Source: Desulfobacterales bacterium (GTDB lineage Bacteria > Desulfobacterota > Desulfobacteria > Desulfobacterales > SpSt-501). Taken from it: 64,000 nucleotides of DNA. The stretch's first letter is position 1; the number at the start of each line of letters is the position of its first letter. The stretch spans positions 27,493-91,492 of the forward strand of contig JAWOHH010000040.1 in assembly GCA_046496215.1 (NCBI GenBank), in the 5' to 3' direction. Of this stretch, positions 1 through 8,807 are shown piece by piece. Below the pieces are notes generated by a model, which ran no database searches, was not told the DNA's origin, and saw nothing but the letters and a program-made list of their open reading frames with translations. The position numbers and the translations under genes are program-made.

Positions 1-1005
1 CTCGGAGAGCGCCTGCACGCGAAGGTCCCTTCCTTCGGACTCGAGCAGGTCGTAGGCCATGAAGACGGCCGGCGCCTCCGCGAGCACCTTGCCGGTCAGG
101 TTCTTGCGGCCGATGCGCTGCTGCAGGCGCGCGAAGTCGAGCGGCCGGCCGTCGCGCCAGGCAAGGATCTCCCCGTCGAGGACGCAGCCGTCGGGCACTT
201 CTTCGGCCGCCGCGCCGATCTCGGGAAACTTCTCCGTCACGAGCTCCTCACCGCGCGACCAGATGAATACGCTGCCGCCGCGCCGGACGAGCTGGGCGCG
301 GATCCCGTCCCACTTCCACTCGGCGAGCCATTCGGCCGCCGGCCCCAGCGCCTCGGGGCCCTCCTCGAGGGGATGGGCGAGATAGAAGGGGTAGGGGCGG
401 CTTTGGTCGGCGTCGTCCGTGCACGCGGCGCCGAGCCGAGCCCAGAAGGCCTCGTCCGGCGTCCAGTCGCCCATCAGCCGCTGGGCAACCGCGGCGGCCT
501 CGACCCCCAGCTGCTCGGCCAGCGCGCGCACGACCAGCCGCTGGGAGACCCCCACGCGAAAGCCGCCGGTGATGAGCTTGTTCCAGGCGAGCCGCTCGGC
601 GCGGTCCATGGATCGCCAGGCGGCGAGGAGCGCCTCGCGCTGCCGCTCCTCGGGCAGGCCGCGCAGGGGAATGAGCCTCTCCTCGATCCAGGCGTGCAAC
701 GGCCGGACGGGGCCGGCCTCCTCCCGGTCGGGCGGAAGCAGGAGCGTGATCGTCTCGGCGAGGTCGCCGACCGTTTCGTAGCAGGCCGCGAAGAGCCACT
801 CCGGGATTCCCGCCGCCTCTGCCGCCCAGCGCTTGAGACGGGTGGTGGGGACGGGCCGGCGCGGCCGGCGGCCGATGAGGAAGCTGAGCGCCCAGGCGGC
901 ATCCGCGGCCGGGGTGGCGGCAAAGTAATCGGAGAGAGCGCGCACCTTCTCGGCGGTTCCGGTCGTGCGGTCGAGTTCCGCGTAGAGCGCTGCGAAGCGT
1001 TTCAC
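1..1005 (-). CDS. ATP-dependent DNA ligase (ligase-associated DNA damage response type); C-terminal part cut by window edge
   Basis: Not in the ORF track because it runs off the edge. Hand translation from GTG at 1005 gives MKRFAALYAELDRTT. Adenylation motif I EWKWDGI is read at ~301-324 in the same frame. The frame stays open to nt 1 (..FMAYDLLESEGRDLRVQALSE). The GTGA start/stop overlaps the upstream exonuclease gene. Confidence 0.85.
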   Translation of the reverse strand, partial: MKRFAALYAELDRTTGTAEKVRALSDYFAATPAADAAWALSFLIGRRPRRPVPTTRLKRWAAEAAGIPEWLFAACYETVGDLAETITLLLPPDREEAGPVRPLHAWIEERLIPLRGLPEERQREALLAAWRSMDRAERLAWNKLITGGFRVGVSQRLVVRALAEQLGVEAAAVAQRLMGDWTPDEAFWARLGAACTDDADQSRPYPFYLAHPLEEGPEALGPAAEWLAEWKWDGIRAQLVRRGGSVFIWSRGEELVTEKFPEIGAAAEEVPDGCVLDGEILAWRDGRPLDFARLQQRIGRKNLTGKVLAEAPAVFMAYDLLESEGRDLRVQALSE

Positions 1006-2018
1006 GCGTCGGCCTCCCTCGCCGCTCGGTTCCCGCGCAGGGCCTCGGCGGCAAGCCCTTTCTCCCTCAAGAAGCGGGTGACCTCATCGGCATAGCCGTG
1101 GGTGGTCCAAATCCGCTCGGCGCGGCTTTCCGCGACGGTCTGGAGCAGTGCGGGCCAGTCGGCGTGGTCGGAGAGCACGAAACCGCGGTCGAGCGCCCGG
1201 CGCCGGCGGTTGCCGCGGATCTGCATCCAGCCCGATGCAAACGCCAGGCTCCTGCGCGCAAAGCGCCCCATCCAGCCGGAGCCCTCGGCCCCGGGCGGCG
1301 CGATCACCAGCGCGCCGGCCAGATCCTCTCTCCCGGCGGTCGTTTCAACGGCCCGGGTCGGCGGCAGCTGCACGCCTGCCTCCCGGTAGATCCGGGCCAT
1401 CTGCTCCACGGCGGGGTGAGTGAAAACCGGCCCGTTCGCTGTGCCCACGCCGGCAATCACGAGCTGGGCCTTGCCGAGGGCGTAGGCGAAGAGGATGCTT
1501 GTTTTGCCCTGCCCCGCGTTGCGGCGCCACCAGTCGCGAACTTCCGCCATGACGGTTTCCGCCTCCGGCCAGCGAAAAACCGGAAGGCCGAAGGTGGACT
1601 CCGTGACGAGGGTGTGGCAGCGCAGCGGCTCGAAGGGCGCGCAGGTGGGGTCCGGGTGGCGCTTGAAATCGCCGGTGATCACCCAGATTTCGCCGCCGCG
1701 CTCCAGGCGCACTTGGGCCGAGCCGAGGATGTGGCCTGAGGGGTGCAGGGAGAGCCGCAACCCGTTTAGAGATAGGGACGCCCCGTAGGGCAGCTCCTGC
1801 ACCCGGATGTCGGACCCCAGCCGCGCCCTGAGCAGGTGCGCGCACTCCGGGGTCGCGAGGTAGCCCCCGCACCCCGGGCGGGCGTGGTCCGCGTGGGCGT
1901 GGGTGATGACGGCCCGTTCCATGGGCCGCCCAGGGTCGATGTGGAAGCCGCCGATTCGGCACCGCAGGCCGGCATCGGAGTTTTCCAGCAGCGGTTCGTC
2001 TGAGTGGATGATGGGCAT
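1002..2018 (-). CDS. Ligase-associated DNA damage response exonuclease (metallo-beta-lactamase / beta-CASP fold)
   Basis: 338-aa ORF with the HxHxDH motif (ITHAHADHARPG). The stop overlaps the ligase start. The exonuclease-then-ligase order matches the known Lhr/ligase/exonuclease/PdeM module. Confidence 0.8.
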   Translation of the reverse strand: MPIIHSDEPLLENSDAGLRCRIGGFHIDPGRPMERAVITHAHADHARPGCGGYLATPECAHLLRARLGSDIRVQELPYGASLSLNGLRLSLHPSGHILGSAQVRLERGGEIWVITGDFKRHPDPTCAPFEPLRCHTLVTESTFGLPVFRWPEAETVMAEVRDWWRRNAGQGKTSILFAYALGKAQLVIAGVGTANGPVFTHPAVEQMARIYREAGVQLPPTRAVETTAGREDLAGALVIAPPGAEGSGWMGRFARRSLAFASGWMQIRGNRRRRALDRGFVLSDHADWPALLQTVAESRAERIWTTHGYADEVTRFLREKGLAAEALRGNRAAREADA

Positions 2019-2050
2019 GCGGCGGTCTGTTTCCAGGATGTCGGCCGACC

Positions 2051-3433
2051 TCAGGCGCGACCGAGCAGGTCGCGGCAGGACTCCTGCACGGCGGCGAAAA
2101 CCCCGGACCAGGAGAGCGGCCTTAGGCGTTCATCCGGATCTGAGGCGCGGTGGCACTCCAGGCTACGGGCTAGTTGTCGGTTGAGAGCCTCGGCCAGCCG
2201 TTCGACGAAGTCCGGCAGGTCGGCCGCCGCGGGGGTGTCCGGGCCGGTCAGGCGCGGCAGCGGCACGCGTTCGATGCGCCCCTCCGCGCACAGGCCCTCC
2301 GGCAGCCAGGAATCGGTCCCCGGCAGGTCCGTCATCACCACGCGGCAGCCGCAGGCGAGCGATTCGACGACGACCAGCGGCAGCCCCTCGAAAAAGGAGG
2401 GCAGGACGAAGACGTCGGCGTCCCGCAGCACGGCCGCGAGCTCTTCCTGCGGCAGGGCGCCTAAAAAAATCACGTTGTCCCGGCCGGCGGCCCGGCGGCG
2501 GATCGCCTCGGAGGACGGGTCGCCGGATGAGCCCGCCAGCAGCAGCTTCACCCGCCTGCCCGCCGGAGGGGTCAGCCGCTCAAAGGCCTCGATCAGCCAC
2601 GGCACCCCCTTGGGGGCGCTGATTTTGCCGGCATAGACCACGGTGAGCTCCCTCCGCTCGGAGGCGGGGCGGCATTGGGGGTCCGGCCGGAAGAGCTCCT
2701 CCCGAAACCCGGCCCCGACGATGCGGATGCGGCTTTCCGGAATGCCGTAGGCCTCCACGATCCGGTCCCGGTTCTCGGCATGCAGGGCGAAGACCCGGTC
2801 GACCTCGGCGCAGGCGGGCAGGACGAACGGGGCGAGCCGGGCGGCTTGCTGCATCTGGCGCAGCTCGGTGCCGTGGCTGTAGACGCAAAGGGGGGTCTGC
2901 GGGAAGAGGACCCGCGCCAGCGCCGTCAGCAGCCAGAGGTGGTTGGACTGGATGAGGTCCGGACGGAAGCCTGCGGCGGCCGCCTCCAGGGCGTCGGCGA
3001 AAGCCTCAAGGTAGGCTTCGAGCCGCTCGGGGGTGAAACTGGAAAAGCGGGTCGAAGGGTAGGGCATGATGTCGCTCATGCCGGCCACCGGAAAACTCAC
3101 CGGAGGACGGTCGAAACGCACGGGGACGATCTCGGCGCGATCCAGCGGCGGAATTTCGGGCAGCGGTTCCTCTCCCGGCAGACCGATGACGGCGCGCTGG
3201 CGCCAGCCCGCCGCTGCGCCCAGCCGGACCATGGCGAGCAGGGCGACCCCGCTGCCGGTCTTTCCCGGCTGCTGGGAGAGAAGGTGCAGAACGTTCAGGG
3301 GGCTGCTGCCGGCCGAGCGCCGCCGCTGCGAACCCAACGGTCGAAAATTGCGCAGCCGCCGGGCCAGGCCGGCTCGCCCGCCGGGGCCGCCGCTGCGTGT
3401 ATGATCCGGAACTGAGAGTCGATGGGTTGCCAT
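2051..3433 (-). CDS. Glycosyltransferase family 4 (GT-B fold)
   Basis: C-terminal GT1/GT4 signature (DVFVLPSFFEGLPLVVVESLACG) and an N-terminal LLSQQPGKTGSG loop. Start set to ATG 3431-3433 (MATHRLS). The longest ORF extends to 3553. Confidence 0.8.
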   Translation of the reverse strand: MATHRLSVPDHTRSGGPGGRAGLARRLRNFRPLGSQRRRSAGSSPLNVLHLLSQQPGKTGSGVALLAMVRLGAAAGWRQRAVIGLPGEEPLPEIPPLDRAEIVPVRFDRPPVSFPVAGMSDIMPYPSTRFSSFTPERLEAYLEAFADALEAAAAGFRPDLIQSNHLWLLTALARVLFPQTPLCVYSHGTELRQMQQAARLAPFVLPACAEVDRVFALHAENRDRIVEAYGIPESRIRIVGAGFREELFRPDPQCRPASERRELTVVYAGKISAPKGVPWLIEAFERLTPPAGRRVKLLLAGSSGDPSSEAIRRRAAGRDNVIFLGALPQEELAAVLRDADVFVLPSFFEGLPLVVVESLACGCRVVMTDLPGTDSWLPEGLCAEGRIERVPLPRLTGPDTPAAADLPDFVERLAEALNRQLARSLECHRASDPDERLRPLSWSGVFAAVQESCRDLLGRA

Positions 3434-3624
3434 GCGTGCCGACCGATGATTCGGATTGAACCTTTCAAGTGAGTTCGGCTTTTTCCTGGGGTAGTCCCGC
3501 TGTGGCGAAACCGCGATGATCGCGGCTGGAAGCCGCTCCCACCCGGGTGACACATCCTTGCCGATAGGAGGGCGCCGCGCACCCTTGCCGGCGTTATAGC
3601 TGGTGCGGGCTCAAGCCGCTTGGC

Positions 3625-3978
3625 CTAAACGAAGTTGAGGACCATGCTGTCGTGGGGCGCATAGGCCGTAAACGGCAGCTTGGCGGCGCGGGCCGCGTAG
3701 CCCGGGACCGCGAGCCCGGATGCGAGCTGGGCATAATCGACAAACGTGCGCCCGTCGATTCTGACCGTCATCCCCTCCGCCGGGCGTTTCAGCGGCAAGA
3801 TGGCGAAAACGCCCTCATAGGCCTGCTTCAGGTCATCGAAGCCCAGGCGGCCCGCCTCCCGGCCGATGCTGATCTCGCGATAGAACCGGGAATCCGGCTG
3901 GAGTCGGTCTTTGTGATCCTCGGCGATCCGCGTGAGGAGCTCGGCAAGGCGGTGGTTCATCTCTTCGACCTCCGTCAT
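3625..3978 (-). CDS. Hypothetical protein (117 aa), translationally coupled to the Lon-like protease
   Basis: Its ATG overlaps the stop of the upstream gene (ATGA at 3975-3978). The composition is protein-like. I recognise no domain. Confidence 0.5.
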   Translation of the reverse strand: MTEVEEMNHRLAELLTRIAEDHKDRLQPDSRFYREISIGREAGRLGFDDLKQAYEGVFAILPLKRPAEGMTVRIDGRTFVDYAQLASGLAVPGYAARAAKLPFTAYAPHDSMVLNFV

Positions 3979-6386
3979 GCGTCGATCCTCACGTCGAATT
4001 CTTTTTTCAGGCGGTGGGCGCGCTCCAAATAGGACTTCAATTTGCGCTGGATCCGGCCGTAAACGGTATCAGCCGGATAGACCCCTTCGCGGTCCGGCAG
4101 CCCCGCCGGCATCCCGGTCAGGATCTCGATGCCCTGCTCGACGTTTGTGACCCGGTAGATGTGAAAGCGCCGGCGCCGGACGGCGTCGATCACTTCCTTG
4201 CGCAGCATGAGGTTCTGGACGTTGGCCTCGGGGATGATGACCCCCTGCACGCCGGTCAGCCCCTTTTCCAGGCAGACCTCGAAAAAGCCCTCGATTTTCT
4301 GGTTGACGCCGCCGATTGCATGAATCTTCCCCTTCTGGCTGACCGAGCCGGAGACCGCGATGCCCTGGCGGATCGGGGTTTCCGCCAGGCTGGAAAGGAT
4401 GGCGTAGAGCTCGGCCGAGGAGGCGCTGTCGCCGTCGATGTCGCTGTAGCTCTGCTCGAAAGTGATGCTGATCGCCAGGCTGAGAGGGTGGGCCTGGGCG
4501 AAGACCCGACCCAGGTAGCCGGAGAGGATAAGCACGCCTTTGTCGTGGGTGCGGCCGCTCAAGCGGGCTTCGCGCTCGATGTTGATCACCCCCGGCTTGC
4601 CCATGAACGTTTCGGCCGTGATGCGCACCGGCCGGCCGAAGGAGAAATCCCCGATCTGGTAGACGGCCAGGCCGTTGATCTGGCCGACCACGGCCTCCGC
4701 GACGTCGATCAGGATGGTACCGTCCCGGTAGGATTCGTGGATCTTCTGCTCGTAGAGGTTGTAGCGGAAGCGGTGCTCCTGGAAGGCCCGGACCACGTGC
4801 CTTTCCGAAACCTTCCGGGCGCGCTGCTGCCGCGCCCAGTAGTCGGACTCCTTCAGCACCCCCAGCAGGGGGCCGAAGCGGATGGAGAGCTTGTTCTGGT
4901 CGGCGACGTACTTCTTGCCGAACTCGACGATTGCGGCCACCCCCTTGGGCGTGAACGGCAGCAGCTTCTCCTCGCGGCAGACCCGTGCGATGAAGTGCGC
5001 GTAGAGCTGGACCGTCTCCGGCGTGTGGGCCACCTCCTGGTCGAAATCCGCGCGCACCTTGAAAATTTTATTGAAGCGGGCATCGTAGTTCTGGAGGAGT
5101 TCGAAGACGTCATAGTCCCCCAGCAGGATCACTTTAACCTCCAGCGGGATGGGCTGAGGCTTCAGCGATGTCGTGCCGGCCCCGGATTCATCCGGGAGGT
5201 CTTCGATCTGCAGGCGCTTGGTCTGCAGGGCCCGCTTGAGGGCCTCCCAGACGTACGGGTGCATCAGCAGGGCTTCGATCTCCATGATCAGATAGCCGCC
5301 GTTGGCGCTGAGCAGAGACCCCGCGGTCACCAGGGTGAAATCGGTGTTGACCGTGCCCATGACCGCGCGCTTCTCGATGCGGCCGAAAACGTTTTGGTAG
5401 GTGGGGTTGGTTTCGAAAATGACGGGCGCCCCCTTCATGAGCTCACGCTGCACGAGAACGTTGACCTGGTATTGCTGCAGGGGCGTTTTCGGGCTCTGCG
5501 GCCACTCCGCCGAGGCTGCGGCCTCGCTCTTTTCCGGGGGCATGAAGAGGTTGAAGTTCTCGACGATGTCCGCCTGCAGCGCGTCGAGATACGCAAGGAC
5601 GCTTGCGCGCTGTTTGAAGTCCTGGCGGATGGGCGCGAAGCGTTTTCCGACCAGGGCCCTCACCACCTCGTCCATGAGGCGTTCGATCTCGGCGTGGAGC
5701 TGCTGGTTCAGCTTTTCGATCCGGCGGCCGCTGCGTTCCATTTCCGACTGGATGAGGCGAATGTTTTCGTCGATCCCGGCGCGGATCTCCCCGGGAAGCC
5801 CCTGGTAGTCCTCGGCGGAAAGGATCTTGCCGTCCAGGATCGGGACCACGGGGTAATCCTTCTGGGCGGAGTCGATGTGAAGATGGTGCTCCGCGGCAAA
5901 CCGCTCTATTTTTTTGAAAATTTTCGCCTGCCGGCCGCTGAAGCGCTCTTTGATCCCGGCGAGGCTTTTGAGATAGCCATCCTGCTCGAAGGCCCGGGGG
6001 ATATCGCGCTTCAAATCGCGGACCAGCCGGTTGACGCGCTTGGCAAACGAAACGCCGCGGCCGGGGGGCAGGGCGATCGCCTGCGGGCGGAACTCGTCCT
6101 GAAAGTTGTTGACCAGGCACCAGTCGTCGGGGACGGCCTCGCTGCGGGCGTGCTTTGAAGCAATGTCGCGCACGATGGTGGATTTGCCGGTCCCTTCCGT
6201 GCCGGTGACGAAGATGTTGTAGCCGGGGCTGCGCATGTTGAGACCGAACTCAATGGCCTGGACGGCGCGTTCCTGGCCGATGACCGTGTCGAGCAGCGGC
6301 AGCTCGGAGGTGTCCTTGAACGCGAAGACGGAGGGGTCGCAGACGCTGCGAAGGGCGGAGGCGTCGAGTTCCAATGCGTTGGCCAT
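3975..6386 (-). CDS. Lon-related AAA+ ATP-dependent protease (LonB/lon_rel type)
   Basis: Walker A FVTGTEGTGKST and a C-terminal Lon proteolytic domain (DGDSASSAELYAILSSL ... GKIHAIGGVNQKIEG). Start set to ATG 6386 (MANALELD), which has a GGAG SD 7 nt upstream. The longest ORF reaches 6455. Confidence 0.85.
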   Translation of the reverse strand: MANALELDASALRSVCDPSVFAFKDTSELPLLDTVIGQERAVQAIEFGLNMRSPGYNIFVTGTEGTGKSTIVRDIASKHARSEAVPDDWCLVNNFQDEFRPQAIALPPGRGVSFAKRVNRLVRDLKRDIPRAFEQDGYLKSLAGIKERFSGRQAKIFKKIERFAAEHHLHIDSAQKDYPVVPILDGKILSAEDYQGLPGEIRAGIDENIRLIQSEMERSGRRIEKLNQQLHAEIERLMDEVVRALVGKRFAPIRQDFKQRASVLAYLDALQADIVENFNLFMPPEKSEAAASAEWPQSPKTPLQQYQVNVLVQRELMKGAPVIFETNPTYQNVFGRIEKRAVMGTVNTDFTLVTAGSLLSANGGYLIMEIEALLMHPYVWEALKRALQTKRLQIEDLPDESGAGTTSLKPQPIPLEVKVILLGDYDVFELLQNYDARFNKIFKVRADFDQEVAHTPETVQLYAHFIARVCREEKLLPFTPKGVAAIVEFGKKYVADQNKLSIRFGPLLGVLKESDYWARQQRARKVSERHVVRAFQEHRFRYNLYEQKIHESYRDGTILIDVAEAVVGQINGLAVYQIGDFSFGRPVRITAETFMGKPGVINIEREARLSGRTHDKGVLILSGYLGRVFAQAHPLSLAISITFEQSYSDIDGDSASSAELYAILSSLAETPIRQGIAVSGSVSQKGKIHAIGGVNQKIEGFFEVCLEKGLTGVQGVIIPEANVQNLMLRKEVIDAVRRRRFHIYRVTNVEQGIEILTGMPAGLPDREGVYPADTVYGRIQRKLKSYLERAHRLKKEFDVRIDA

Positions 6387-6485
6387 GCAGGGCTCCTCTG
6401 GCATCGGTTGGCGATGACCGGATTCAGGATTAGCCCAATCTCGTGAAGATGACAACCCGCAGGGCGGCTATGGCTCCACGGTTTC

Positions 6486-6526
6486 AAAAAACGCAGAGCA
6501 CCGGTTGGGGCCAACCGGTGCTCTGC
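6486..6526 (-). terminator. Rho-independent terminator downstream of the cold-shock gene
   Basis: Near-perfect inverted repeat gcagagcaccggttgg/ccaaccggtgctctgc (6493-6526). On the minus strand it is followed by G-TTTTTT. Confidence 0.7.
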
Positions 6527-6582
6527 AAACCTCGTTTTTAAGCTTTTAAGGATCTTTAGCCGGGCATCGATCTGGGCTCTCT

Positions 6583-6795
6583 CTATTTGTAGGCTTTGAC
6601 CGCCCGGACGTTGACGGCCTGCTTGCCGCGCTGGGTTTCGCGCACCTCGAAGGTCACCTTGTCGTCCTCCTGGAACCCAAAAAACCCAAATTCCTTGATA
6701 CCGGAATTGTGCACGAATATTTCACCGACCTCATCCGAGGTGATGAAGCCGTAGCCTTTTTTCGGGTTGTACCATTTAATGCGGCCTTCAACCAT
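6583..6795 (-). CDS. Cold-shock protein (CspA family, 70 aa)
   Basis: MVEGRIKWYNPKKGYGFITSDEVGEIFVHNSGI contains the RNP1/RNP2 motifs (KGYGFI, VFVH-like). An AAGGAAG SD lies upstream of ATG 6795. The track ORF is N-terminally over-extended. Confidence 0.9.
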   Translation of the reverse strand: MVEGRIKWYNPKKGYGFITSDEVGEIFVHNSGIKEFGFFGFQEDDKVTFEVRETQRGKQAVNVRAVKAYK

Positions 6796-6898
6796 GAGAT
6801 CTTCCTTTCGCGGGGACTTGAGCCATATCCGAGACACCCTAAGGGTTCCGGCTCGATTTGTCAAAATCTAATTGAAGCCCCGCGGGTTTTTCAACCTT

Positions 6899-8134
6899 TC
6901 AGCGGGTCGGGGGCGCCCTGTGGTAGCGGACCGGGGTCCGGCTGCCGGCCGGCTTCCGATAGGCGCCGAAAGAACGGGGTGCCGCACCCGACGGGCGGGG
7001 TGCCGCTGCCGGCGGCGCGGCACCCGGTGTCCGGTTCGCTTCGAACTTGAGTTTGCCGCCGATCAGGTTGCCGATCTCCCGGGCGAGCCCACGGTCTTCG
7101 CTGCTGACAAACGTGATGGCCTCGCCGGTTGCGCAGGCACGGCCGGTGCGCCCGATGCGGTGGGTATAGGCATCGGCGGTGGCTGGGATGTCGTAGTTGA
7201 TCACGTGCGAGACCCCGCACACGTCGATACCGCGGGCGGCGATGTCCGTTGCCACCAGGATCTTGTAGCGGCCGGCCCGAAATCCCTGGATGGCTTTCTG
7301 GCGGTTGTTCTGGGACAGGTTGCCGTGCAAAGCCGCGGCCTCGTACCCGGAGGCTTCGAGTTGCTGGGCCACCCGTTTCGAACGCTGTTTGGTGCGCGTG
7401 AAGACCAGGACGAGGCCGGTCGACTCCGTTTTCAGTATGTGGTGCAGAAGCGAGTTCTTGGCGCTGGTCTCTACCGGGCAGAAGGTGTGGGAGACGGTCT
7501 CCGCCGGCGCCGTGCGGCCGATTTGCACCCGGACCGGGTTTCGCAAAATATCGCTGGCCAGGGCGTTGATCTCCGGGGGCATCGTGGCCGAGAACAGCAG
7601 CGTCTGGCGCCCGGCGGGCAGGTGCTTCAGAATGGCCCGGATGTCCGGCAGAAATCCCATGTCGAACATCTGGTCGGCCTCGTCCAGAACCAGGACTTCG
7701 ACCCGGGAGAGGTCTATGGTTTTGCGCCGGAGATGGTCCAGCAGCCGGCCTGGGCAGGCCGAAACGATATCCGCTCCGCGGCGCAGGGAGGCGACCTGGG
7801 CCTGCATGCTGGCCCCGCCGTAGATGCTGAGGCAGGCGAGGCCTGTTTTACGGCCCAACTGGCGGGTGGACTGAAGGGTCTGCTCGGTTAGCTCGCGTGT
7901 GGGGGCGATGACGAGGGCGCGCACGCCGCCGCGGCGCCCCGGCATCAGACGCTGCAGGATCGGCAAAACGAAGGCGGCGGTCTTGCCCGTTCCGGTCTGG
8001 GCAAGGCCCATGACGTCCTTGCCCTCCATGATCGGCGGGATCGCCTCCAGCTGGATCGGGGTCGGTGTCGTGTAGCCCAGCGCCTGAACGCCGGCCATGA
8101 TGTTGGGGTTTAAACAAAAGCGATTGAAATTCAA
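6899..8134 (-). CDS. DEAD-box ATP-dependent RNA helicase (RhlE-like) with an Arg/Gly/Pro-rich C-terminal tail
   Basis: Q motif GYTTPTPIQ, Walker A AQTGTGKT, DEAD, SAT and HRIGRTGR. Start set to TTG 8134, preceded by AAGGAGAAG. This gives MNFNRFCLNPNIMAGV. Confidence 0.85.
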   Translation of the reverse strand: MNFNRFCLNPNIMAGVQALGYTTPTPIQLEAIPPIMEGKDVMGLAQTGTGKTAAFVLPILQRLMPGRRGGVRALVIAPTRELTEQTLQSTRQLGRKTGLACLSIYGGASMQAQVASLRRGADIVSACPGRLLDHLRRKTIDLSRVEVLVLDEADQMFDMGFLPDIRAILKHLPAGRQTLLFSATMPPEINALASDILRNPVRVQIGRTAPAETVSHTFCPVETSAKNSLLHHILKTESTGLVLVFTRTKQRSKRVAQQLEASGYEAAALHGNLSQNNRQKAIQGFRAGRYKILVATDIAARGIDVCGVSHVINYDIPATADAYTHRIGRTGRACATGEAITFVSSEDRGLAREIGNLIGGKLKFEANRTPGAAPPAAAPRPSGAAPRSFGAYRKPAGSRTPVRYHRAPPTR

Positions 8135-8187
8135 TATCTTCTCCTTCGACGTGGTTTGCCCTGTCGGGCGGGTCGGTGTTATGGGTG

Positions 8188-8231
8188 AATAAAAACGCCC
8201 GTGGGATTTCAAGAAAAATCCCACGGGCGTT
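8188..8231 (-). terminator. Terminator-like hairpin inside the probable 5' leader of the DEAD-box helicase gene (possible attenuator)
   Basis: 16-bp perfect stem (8194-8209 / 8216-8231) with loop caagaa. On the minus strand it is followed by TTTATT. It lies 54 nt upstream of the TTG start. Confidence 0.4.
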
Positions 8232-8292
8232 GATTTCAGAACGTATAGGATTTTCGGTTTATGAATCGAGCCCAAGCTCGATTCATGTCGTT

Positions 8293-8319
8293 TCTATAGG
8301 ACAGTCGCCTTTTTGTCAA
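8293..8319 (-). promoter_or_regulatory. Sigma-70-like promoter candidate for the helicase gene
   Basis: The minus strand reads TTGACA-N15-TATAGA. The spacer is shorter than optimal. Confidence 0.3.
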
Positions 8320-8407
8320 CAGGCATGTAAACCGGCCGGGGGAATCGAACGTCTAACAGGGCCGAATCGGATCAAAATCCTTCATTGCCATGAGGGAGGT
8401 CGAGGGT

Positions 8408-8791
8408 ATGAAACGGACAGCGATATCTGTCGCACTGATCTGCGCGGTGCTGATGGCGGTGCCCTCGCACGGGGAGGCAGGCCACCGACACACGCGGTAT
8501 TTCTTCGGTTTCAACATCGGCGTCCCGGGGCCGGCCTGGTACGGGCCGTCGGTCTGGGCGCCGCGGCCCTACTGGGCGCACCCGGTGGTGATCCCGGCTC
8601 CGCCCGTCTATTACGCGCCGGCCCCGGTTTACACTCAGCCGCCCCCGGCCTATTCCCGTCAGCCGGCCCTTGAGGAGTCGGATTACTGGTACTACTGCGA
8701 GAGCCCGCGTGGGTATTACCCGTATGTCAGGAGCTGCCCGGGCGGGTGGATGCGGGTGGTCCCGGAAACGGTGCCGCCCGACCATCGATAG
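8408..8791 (+). CDS. Secreted Pro/Tyr-rich protein with a C-terminal YWYYC..GYYPYV..CPGGW motif
   Basis: Signal peptide MKRTAISVALICAVLMAVPSHG. GGGAGG SD 8 nt upstream of ATG 8408. The conserved-looking Cys motif sits at the C-terminus. Confidence 0.6.
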   Translation: MKRTAISVALICAVLMAVPSHGEAGHRHTRYFFGFNIGVPGPAWYGPSVWAPRPYWAHPVVIPAPPVYYAPAPVYTQPPPAYSRQPALEESDYWYYCESPRGYYPYVRSCPGGWMRVVPETVPPDHR

Positions 8792-8807
8792 CCCGAAGGG
8801 GAGGAAG

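Noticed and set aside
4014-6158. 714-aa plus-strand ORF opposite the Lon-like protease. Similar long ORFs occur at 10612-12228, 12241-13143 and 13846-14970 opposite uvrA, at 22274-23527 opposite iorA, and at 52495-54045 opposite the CoA ligase.
   Set aside because: These are antisense shadow frames, typical of high-GC DNA. They are rich in Arg, Gly, Pro and Ala with no motifs, while the opposite strand encodes proteins with clear family signatures.
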